This document shows, piece after piece, positions 54,793 to 64,000 of a stretch of 64,000 bases of DNA. Position numbers and translations under genes: made by a program. The stretch covers positions 1 to 64,000 of the forward strand of contig CP060771.1 of NCBI GenBank assembly GCA_023205875.1, written 5' to 3'. Numbering within the stretch: the first letter of the stretch is position 1; each line of letters opens with the position of its first letter. The stretch comes from Chloropicon primus. Taxonomy: Eukaryota. The notes under the pieces were generated by a model, which ran no database searches, was not told where the DNA came from, and worked only from the letters and a program-made list of their open reading frames with translations.

Positions 54793-57700
54793 TTACTTTT
54801 GCATGCTAATGAACCTCGACCGCTTCTTCTTCACTTTCTTCGTGGCGACTGGCAAGTTGGCGACGACGTCGTCCTCCTCGCCCTCGGCAAACGTTCTCAG
54901 AAGACTCTTTCGCTTCTCCTTCACGAGGTGGGAGATCTGGTGGTGCTCCACGTTCTCGTTGGAGCCCTCCAGGAAGTAGGTGTGCATGATGCCCTTGCCC
55001 TTGACCTGGATGTCGCCCCTTTCCCTGATCTTATAGTTCCCGCCCTTGAGGAAGTTCTGGGAGGCTTCCGTCATCTGGCACGTTCCCGGAATACCCGTGC
55101 TGATCATCCTCGACGCCGTGTTGACCGTGTCGCCAAAGATGTGGTAGAACGGACGGTGGACACCAATGATTCCGGCGGTGACCGGACCCGAGCTCATTCC
55201 AAAGTTGATCTTCACGTCCAAGCCAGACTTGTTGTTCTCCCGAGGAACCCAGTCATCCGTCTTCAATATCAGCAGCTGGGACACGAAGTTCGCCACGAGC
55301 TGGGCGTGGTTGTTCTTGGCTTTGGGCATGCCGCTGGCGGCCAAGTACATGTCCCCGACCGTCTCCACCTTGTACAGCTGGTGCCTGTCGACGAGAATGT
55401 CGAAGACGAAGAAGATCGTGTTCAGGAGCTCGACCACCTGGACGGAGTCCAACACTTTCGTGACGTGCTTTTCAAAGCTGTCGATGGAGCAGAACACCAG
55501 AGTCACTTGCTTGAACTCGTGGCAGATGGGAAACACGGTGGCCCCGTAAAGCTCCTTGGCCACTGCCTCCGGAAGCATGTTGTTGAGCACGATGTGAGAC
55601 TTTTGCCTCTCCAGCTTCTGGCCGAGCTCGCCAAGGAAGTCCTTCCTCTGGTTGTACTCCATGGTGAAGACCATGTAATTCACGAGGGATGCGAAGGTCA
55701 TGACGTAGCCCAAGGACCAGAACAGGTGCTCCTCCTTGAACTCGAGCCAGGGCTTCGCGATCTGATCGGCTATTACGAAGTAGCCCACGATGCTCGTATG
55801 CAGGACAGCGATGATGTAAAGCAACGGAATCGTGACGACGGACCTCAAGCGAAGGAAGAACCCGCAGAACAAGATGTAGAGCATGATCCCTCCGTAACCT
55901 GGCTCCTTGCCCACCACCGACAAGAAGCTGCAGGCGATGCCCAGCAGCGTGGCGAGCAGCATGCTCACCGAGGTGTAGGCTTTGGGCCTGGTGTACCACT
56001 GAGTGAAGGAGAACGCCAGCCAGATGACCGTCAAGGGAAGGGCCCCGAGGTACCTCACCAGCAGCAGGCTCTCCAGGGCGCTGTCCTTCCTGATCACGTA
56101 GTCGTACAAACCGAGGGTGGCAATGAAGAAAAGGAGGCAAGTGATGTTGAACCTCCTCCAGGGAATCTCGTTCGAGAGTCGAAGCTGGAACAGGGACTCG
56201 GCCCTGTCGTAGTCGAACAGCAGCGTGATCCCGTTGATGTTGGTGTTCTTCAGGACAACTCCTTCCACCATGCACTCGGCAAGACTGGCCTCCATGGAGT
56301 GTCCCACCCACGAGACCGCGCCCTTGAAGATTCTGTTTGTGATCTGGCTCACGTTGTTGGTAAAAGACTCGAGCTTGATGGAGGAGAGCTCCATCCTGCC
56401 CCCCCCCCTCCTCGCGCCAGGCTCCTTCTTCTTGTACCTGGCCTTGATCGGGATCACCCGCGTCATCTTGTTCCTCCTGTACTGGCAGCAAGACATCAAC
56501 TTCCCCGATATCGACTGCAGGAGGCCTTCTCCCCCATCTGGGATCTCCTCCTCGTCGTCCTCGCTGTCTTCGCTCCCCTTCTTTCCTCGCATGATCGTGG
56601 GACGCATTCCAGGGAAATCCTCCCTGCTTCCAGGGAAGGCTTCCTTCTTGTTGTTCGCCTTCTTCTCCTTCTCCCCAGCCTTGGGGCTGAACGGAGATTC
56701 AGGGATGTCGCCTATGTCATCGTCGTTCAGCCCCACTTCCAAAGAACCGACGGAACCAGTGTCTTCCCTCTCGTTGGTTTCGTCCATGTTTCCAATCACG
56801 GACCCCACCCCTTTGACCACGCTGTCCAGGAGACTCTCCTCTGGCATGATGCTGATGCTCTGCCTTCTCGAGACGTTCCTGTTCAAGGAATGCACGGAAT
56901 CGATGTACAGCCTGTTGATGCACCACATCCTTAACCCCGGGTTCTTGGCGATGTAATCCATGAAGTTCTCCTTCTTGATCTTGAAGGCCATTCCCCTCCT
57001 TATGCATTCCGCCTTCGTTACGCAGGGGAGGCTCTCGCTGTCAAGCAAAGCGTTCATGTCTCCAAGGATGGAACCGACCCCGAACTTCAAAGTCTTCGTC
57101 TTTTCCACCTCGATCGTCAGCTGAATCGTCGCGGACAAGTTGATGATGCAGTACTGAGCCACGTCGCCGATATCCCAAAGCACGTCCCCTTGGTTGATCT
57201 CGTACCTCTCGGCGATCGACATCAAGTTCGTCTTCTGCACGGAGGTGAGATCCTTGAACATAGTGTTACAGAGCAGGGTGTCGAGGAAGCCAAACGCCTG
57301 CATGTCAAGCATCTTGGTGATCTTCTGAGAGGCCTCGGGCATCTCATCAAGCATCTGCTGGAGGTCCTTTCCGCTGATGCTTATGGCTTCCACGTCCGTG
57401 AGGGCCGAAATGTCCACGTTACTCAGGTGGCCCGGCAGCAAGCAGCACTCCCCAAAATAGTCCCCAGAATAAGCTTTGGAGTGTATCTTTCCCATGTCGC
57501 TATCGATGTTAACGATTCCCAACCGAATGATGAAGAAATTGTCGACCCTGTCCCCTTCCTTGCAGATCAGAGATCCGGGGGAGAACTTGACGTTTTGGGC
57601 AAGCTGGAGAATGTCCCTCGCCCTGTCGCCGGTCATGAAGATTCCCTTGAAGAATGGTATCGTCTCCAGCAGCTCGAGGACCTCCACCGCATCCCCGCTC

Positions 57701-60700
57701 TCCTTGGCCTCGATGTCCAAGACCAGCGTGTTTTCCACTCCCTCTCGGGCCAGCTTAAGGCCAAGGTCGTTCGGAACGTCCTTCTCCGCGATGTGCACGA
57801 GCCACATCCTCTCCTTGACGTCTTCAGGCAAGGAGCTCAGGCTTCTCACAGGCGTATGAATGGGAGGAACTCCGCACTCGTGCAGTATGAGAGAGTAGTC
57901 CCAAGTCTGCTGCAGCAGCATGTCTTTCCTCTCGTTCGACATCACGCCCTCCTTGTGCATCTTCTCGATCAGCTCCACGTCATTGCAAGTGTCGCCAGAG
58001 TAATAGATCGTCTTCCCGCAGAACTTTGCCACGATACCGATGGCAGGAATGGTGTGCATCGTGTAAAACACGTTGATTTCTCCTCCGTTGATCAGGATGG
58101 GCTCGCCCACGATCGCGGGCCTCGCAATGAATAGCGTCTGCAGGAACTCCTCCTCAAGGTTCGTGAGGAGCGAATACTTTCTGATGAAGGAGTTCAAAAT
58201 TGCCGTGGTCGTGATCACGGTGCACTGGGTCTCTGCGAGAATTTTCTGCAGAGTTCCGCCGTCGTGGTCCGCGTGACAATGCGTCACCATCACCGCATCG
58301 ATCAGCCTGGCAGGGATGCCATAAGACTCCAACAAGGCCACCGAATTGAGTGGAGGGTCAACCATGATGCCTCTGCGGTTCATCCACAGCACAAAACCCG
58401 TCGTGGTTCGGTTCGGATCGAACCCATGGGAGGAACCAAGGATGGTTACGCCAAACAGTGGAGGGTCGAACTTCCGGGATGGGGTGTGAACGTGCTCGTT
58501 CAAAATCTTCTTCAGGGCGTGGGACTCCGTGGCGATCTTCGTGGGAATTCTCGCAATCGTCTCCCCGTTCTCTCGGACCTCAAAGCCGCTGACAACGTCC
58601 TTGATAACGACCTCCACGGAAGAGTCGATGTTCTTGCTTCCCGAAGCTTTCAGCTTCTCCAGCAGCTCACTTGTGATGTTGATCTCCCCAGAGGTCTTGT
58701 CAAAATGAATGAACTCCATCAGCTGGTCTGGGTCATCGAACGTTCTCAGCGAGGCGCACTCCTTGACAACATCTGACCTGCATTCTTTGGGAAAGTTTTC
58801 GCTGTACTCGATATCGTAGTCAATCGTGCTTGGCCCCACAAGAGTCTCTCGAAGCACTTTCCTGAGCCTCCTTTCCACCGAAGGATAGGTCAAGAACGTG
58901 GGCTTCCTGCCGAGCACGAAAAAGTTGAAGTAGGTTGGGAACTCCACCTCTGCCATGCAGATTCCGCACTTCTGGTCGAAGAGCTGGTGGGGTATGACGT
59001 AGCACACGGGCATCTTGTCCCTGATATCCTTTGCGGCCTCCATCTTCATGAGCATTGCGTCCTTGATGGTCTCCGGAGGGATTCCGAACTGGATGTTGCC
59101 TATGGCGGTGCGAACCATCACACCACCCCTTGGCAGCTGGACCACGCGGTCGCCGAGACTCGCCACGTTAATGGGGGCGCTCTGGTCTTGGTGGTTATCC
59201 TCGAAGTAGGAGGTCTCCTTCTCGTCCTCCGTCTCTTCGGTGATCATGCTCGTGGACTGGCCCTGCTTGAAGAACGTGGTTCGCCTACGCGTGTGCTTTC
59301 TCAGCGCCATCTGCGTGTGCTTCGACTTTGTTTTCCCCTGACCCTGCTTTTGCTGCGCCATCTCCTTGAGCCCCGCGGTGGTGAACTTGCCACTCTCATC
59401 AGGCACGGGCTCCAGCTTCTCCTCCGGCATGTCTATGTCGTCGGGACCCATCATCTTACCAAACTTAGTGGTCTGGGCGTGAAGGTCTCCCCTGATGCTT
59501 CCGAACACAGGAAGGCTAGCCCTCTTGGCAAATTTGACTTTCTTAGACTTCTTCCCCTGTATCTTGAAATCCTCCTCCTGTTCCTTGAGCTCGTCCACGC
59601 GCTCCTGCACCAAGTTCTGCAGCTTCTCCCTAGCCTTTTCTATCTGCTTGGTGATGCTATCGTTCCCTCCTTCCTTGGGGCCAATCAACAAGTACGTCTC
59701 CATCTTCTTGTCCTCGTGGCCCTTGATCTCGATCCAACCTCTCCTCTGCAAAATGAAGTACTCTTCCAGCAGTGTCTTGGTATAACTGCTGACCTGTATC
59801 GCACCTTCTACACCCCCTGCTTCAAGGTGCTCCGCAGTCGCTACTGTTTCTCCCCAAAGATGGTACCTCGGCATCTTCATCCCGATCACCCCAGCGATGA
59901 TGGGGCCGGAATGGATACCTATGCGGATGTTCACTGGATAATTGTTCGTGCTGTTGATGATCGGAATCTGCTCCAGCATACTGAGGCCGAAGTTCGTGAT
60001 GGACGCGGCGTTGATCTTGGACTTGAGAGTGATCTCCCTCTGCGTCAGCTTCCTGTCGTCCACGGAATCGTCGTTCATGTCAAGCCCACTGACCGCCTCG
60101 TAGGCGTCCCCGATCGTCTCCACCTTGTACACCCCGTAAATGTCCGTGAGCCTATCGAAAACGCAGTACAAGTTGTGCAACAAGATACAGATGTCCGAAG
60201 GATGCTTGTCCCCGGACAGCTTGGTGAACCCAACGATGTCGCTGAACAGAACCGTGGCCACTGGGAACTCGTCCGCGATGGCTTGGGTCCCGCTGCGAAG
60301 GGCCTTCACGGCCGAGGAAGGCAACAGGTTGTGCAAAAGATGGTTCATCTTCCCTGCCTCTAGTTGCACAATCACCGCGTTAAGGAACTCGCCCCTGAGC
60401 GTATTCTCTTGTACGTAAGACCCATACATGCAGCAGATATCGAGCAGCAGCAGCACGCCCACGTCGTTGAAGATCTTCCGGTTCCAGTCCGGCCTGTTGA
60501 ACTTTGGGTACTCGTTCCCAAGGTCGTCTTCACTCTTTACATACAAAAAGGCGTAGTGCGCCCCAATGATACACAACGTGCTCACGCTCGCCTTGAAGAA
60601 GCGAGACTGTGTGACGTGCGTCCCATCAAGCAGGCCAGAAAGAAAGAGAGAAAGAAAGAGAGAGACAAATTGAAATTGTTGTGGGTCAGCATCACTCCCA

Positions 60701-61491
60701 CCTAAGCTCACGAGGGGCGTGCATGGTCGCCATCGCGTTCTTTCTCTCCCACCGGTGCTGGTGCTGGTGTCGGTGACGGTGACGGTGACTTACCTTGGAG
60801 AGAAAAAAGGTATAAAATACAAACATGAAGACTGGTCCGTAGCCGGCGTAGTCTCCACCCAAGACGGCCATCGCAGAGAGCCCCGTGCCAAAGATGAAGT
60901 TGAAGATGGAGATGGCATACTGGATGTAGTGCTGGTACGTTTTCGTGGTCGACAGCAAGAGCAGCATGACCCCGAGGGGCAAAAGGGCCGCATATCGAAT
61001 GATAACGAGCGTGCCCAGCGACAATATCGAATCGTGATCGTTGTTGACGTGATACGAAAAGTCTGCGATACCTAAGAGCGCCGTGATCACTAACAAACAA
61101 AAGCACGCGATCTGACTCCTTTTCTTCACCAGCGTGTAATAGTGTGTGCCGAAGTCTTTCTCAAGCTTCGAGTCTTGGAAAGTCAGGAGGATGCGGTTTG
61201 TCTTCACATTCTCTACCGCTTTCTGTGGTTCGGGCCGTGGCGGCGTGGCAAGAAGAAACGAGAACACAAGCAAGTCAGTCTATCTGCGAGTCGGAGGAGG
61301 AGGAGGAGGAGCAAACCTTCCAGAAAACCATAGAGGAGGCTTTCCATGGTTTGTGTTTGAAACATTCAACTTGCCTGCTTGTGGTGCCAATTGATCAGCT
61401 CTTCTATTCCCGAGGCGTGGACCGTGGGCTTCCCATTGTCGTCCGTTTTCTCCTCGGGCAGGATGTTCGACAATTTGAGACTCCCCGACAT
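54793..61491 (-). CDS. Multi-domain membrane nucleotide cyclase: TM block - class III cyclase C1 - MBL phosphodiesterase - 2x cNMP-binding fold - TM block - cyclase C2; exons 61491-61375, 61222-60794, 60606-54793 (~2119 aa)
   Basis: C1: VLFSDIVGFT, YKVETIGDAY, RIGIHSG. MBL: GIMVDPP, THCHADHDGG, MHTIP, YSGDT, LHECG, WLVH. CNB: ICKEGD...GDYFGE. C2: YKVETVGDMY, YHIFGDTVNTASRM. Both introns are phase 0. Confidence 0.93.
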
Positions 61492-62209
61492 AACTGAGGT
61501 CCACTTGGTACTACGACTCTTATCGTTCAAGTATAGTTCAAGTACGCCATTCTCTCACCAAGCTCCCGAGACACGCAAGCTTCCCCCCTTGTTCAACGAA
61601 TGAATGCAATGTACTCCGGTCCCAAGGTTTCAACCTAAAGCCTTTCAGGCCGAGTTCATATATCCTGCCCCCTCTCTTCCTCCGGCTCCCCTGTGCAGGG
61701 TTTGAATCCCACCACCCCCTGGACCTCTTGCCTTCAAACCGGTAAGGCGGTTTCGGTTTAGTTGTGTGAACCAATTGCCTCCTCACTCTTGTGCCGTCCA
61801 CTTGGACCCAACCAAAGACAGAGACCAGGAGAGACAGAGTGAGAGTGAGAGAGAGAATGACAATGCGAGTGCGAGTGTATCGCTCCAAGGGTCAGGGGGC
61901 TCCTCCGGGTCGCTCCTGTTGCCCTCTCTCTCCTGGTTGTCCTCAAAACCTTATTCCTTTCCATCGTCATCGTCTAGGACCGTCTTGGTTTCGGTCCTTG
62001 CGATAATACACGTTACCCGAAGAACCCGAAGAACCCGAACAAGTGGAGAGCACGAGAGTAAACATTCCACATGGGACCAGAACGAAAGAGAGAGAAAGAG
62101 AGTCACGAGATGGAACGTCTTGGGAAGAATGAAAACGACAATTGAATTCAATCCTCTCTCAAGGTCTCAAGAGAACGACAGAGAGAGAGAGAAAGAAAGA
62201 GACACAGAG

Positions 62210-62246
<37 letters not shown>

Positions 62247-62650
62247 TGTGGCTTACTGCCTCCTCTGGTCTCCTGTCTCCTGTGGGATTAAGGTTTTTCC
62301 CTTCTCCTCCTTCGTTTCCTTTTCTTCTCCTCCTTTTCTCCTCTTCTTCTCCTTTCCTTTAATGATCCGGTCAATCCACCTCATAAGGGTGTAAAGGATG
62401 AGGAAGAGTGTACCGCACGAAAACACGAACGAAGCCAGAGCGCGACGACGACGACGGAGGACGTGGTTTCAGAGGACGAAAGGACCGCGAAGAGGGGAAA
62501 GGACGCGAGAGTTCGACGAGCAGGACGAAAGAGTATCTCGTGATCTTTCCAAAGAGCTCTTACTTGGCTCATTTGGCGTCCGGAAGAGGGAGACGGGTTG
62601 GCATTGGACACAGTTTGGGTTGCTGTTTGTAGAACAAGGGGGAAGGAAGG

Positions 62651-63696
62651 ATGACTTCGGCGGCGAGGCCGACGTGGGCACCCGCCAAGGGTTCCGAGGA
62701 CCAGGTAAGTTAGAACGTCGTCCATCCCTCCGGCCATCCCTCGCTCGACGAAACAAACCACTGAACCACCAACGTTGTTGTTGTTGTTGTTGTTGTTTGA
62801 CATGACATGGCATGGCAGGGAGGCAGTAAGATGTTTGGATCGAGGACCTCGTACTCGAGCAAGGACCTTCCGGGCCACAAGGAGCTGAAGTCTCGTGCTT
62901 TGGGTCAGGACGGGGCGGAGGAGGTGGGCAAGAGGGACCTGAAGAGGGAGCTCTTGGAGAAGGAGGCCAAGCACTTTGCCAACAAGCCGGAGCTCCTGGC
63001 GGCCAAGCAGCTCAAGGTAAGTCGCGAGCGTCCGAGTGCTCGATTCGATCAGCAAAAAGTTCCCGAGCCTTTGCCTGACTGAGTTGTTTTGTTTTCGTTC
63101 TGCTCTGTTTGCGCCTTCGCTTCGACGGCGGAACACAGATACAGGCGCTGGAGCATAAGATAAAGGTGCCGGGGGTCGTGGACGCGGAGTTTGCGGCGAC
63201 TGGGGACCTCGTGACGCGGGAGGCAGACGCCGACGAGGACTTTGATTTCGACGACGGAGAGGGGGAGGACACGAAGGCCCGGTCGGCCCTTGGGGGCGGG
63301 GTGGAGGGCGCGGACGGCGGTGCCGCCGGGGTTTCGGAGGAGGAGGAGGACAGCAGCGACGAGGACGACGACGAGGACGACGACGAGGCAGAGCTTCTGG
63401 CGGAGTTGGAAAAGATAAAGCGGGAAAGGGCCGAGGAGCGCCAGAAGAAGGAGCAGGAGGCGGCGGAGGAAAACATGCTGGGCCAGAAGGACGAGATCAT
63501 GAGGGGCAACCCGCTGCTCAACATCGATGGCGGCGCCGGCGGTGGTGGTGACGACTTCCTGGTCAGACGGCGGTGGGACGACGACGTCGTGTTCAAGAAC
63601 CAGACCAGGAATGAGCCCAAGAGACAGAAGCGGTTCATCAACGATACGATACGATCAGATTTTCACCGTCGTTTTCTTGATAAATATATCAAATGA
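62651..63696 (+). CDS. CWC15: Spliceosome-associated protein CWC15; exons 62651-62704, 62819-63016, 63139 (or 63145)-63696
   Basis: MTSAARPTWAPAKG, SKDLPGH, LLAELEKIKRER, GNPLL, RRWDDDVVFKNQ, FINDTIRSDFHRRFLDKYIK. Confidence 0.96.
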
Positions 63697-63784
63697 CACA
63701 TCCTTTTGCTTTGGTGCGTGTGTGTGTGTAATCCTAAAGAAACTGTTTGTTTGTCTGTCTGTCTGTGTGTCTGTCTGTTCGTTA

Positions 63785-64000
63785 TCACCTTTCACCTCTG
63801 AACTTGCGAGACTGCTGCTGCGACATCACTTTGAGGATGAGTTGGTCCGCCTTCCTCACCGCCTCGAGACAATCCCTCAGCTCGTGCTCTAGCCTCTCAC
63901 ACCTCTCGACCAGCTCCTGGTTGGCCCGGTGGAGCTCAAGGTTTTCCCTCTTCACCTCCTCCAACTGCAGGAACCTCGCATCATCCTGGTCCGTGGCGCT
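63785..64000 (-). CDS. 3' end of a coiled-coil protein gene running off the window
   Basis: Open frame ...QLEEVKRENLELHRANQELVERCERLEHELRDC...RGER* ends at TGA 63785-63787. Confidence 0.7.
   Translation of the reverse strand, partial: SATDQDDARFLQLEEVKRENLELHRANQELVERCERLEHELRDCLEAVRKADQLILKVMSQQQSRKFRGER

Overview
This window is the left end of a compact, GC-rich eukaryotic chromosome from a photosynthetic green alga. The (TTTTAGG)n telomere, gene density and plastid-targeted genes suggest a Chloropicon-like picoalga; that assignment is inference. A telomere (1-580) and a ~198-bp dimeric subtelomeric satellite are followed by about 26 protein genes. Recognisable ones include a PNPOx/HugZ-like protein, PPD5, a DHHC S-acyltransferase, glutamine synthetase II, a PILS transporter, ALAD, Rsm22, CysQ, APC10, a HAD-IIA hydrolase, acyl-CoA oxidase, TOM40, NOL10, CFAP100, an RMR/PA-RING ligase and CWC15. 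Introns are short and carry a near-invariant CTGAC branch motif. The standout gene (54793-61491, minus strand, ~2119 aa) is a 12-TM-type class III nucleotide cyclase (M1-C1-M2-C2, probably guanylyl). A complete metallo-beta-lactamase phosphodiesterase plus two cNMP-binding folds (PdeD/PdeE-like) is inserted between C1 and M2, placing putative synthesis, sensing and degradation of a cyclic nucleotide in one polypeptide. Other notable items are a plastid rhodanese protein with a very large hierarchical repeat region, a candidate WH2-C-A actin nucleation-promoting factor, a recurrent quasi-palindromic intergenic motif, retained ciliary genes, and three single-base frameshifts that look like assembly errors. 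All family calls come from motif recognition by eye; no database searches were run.
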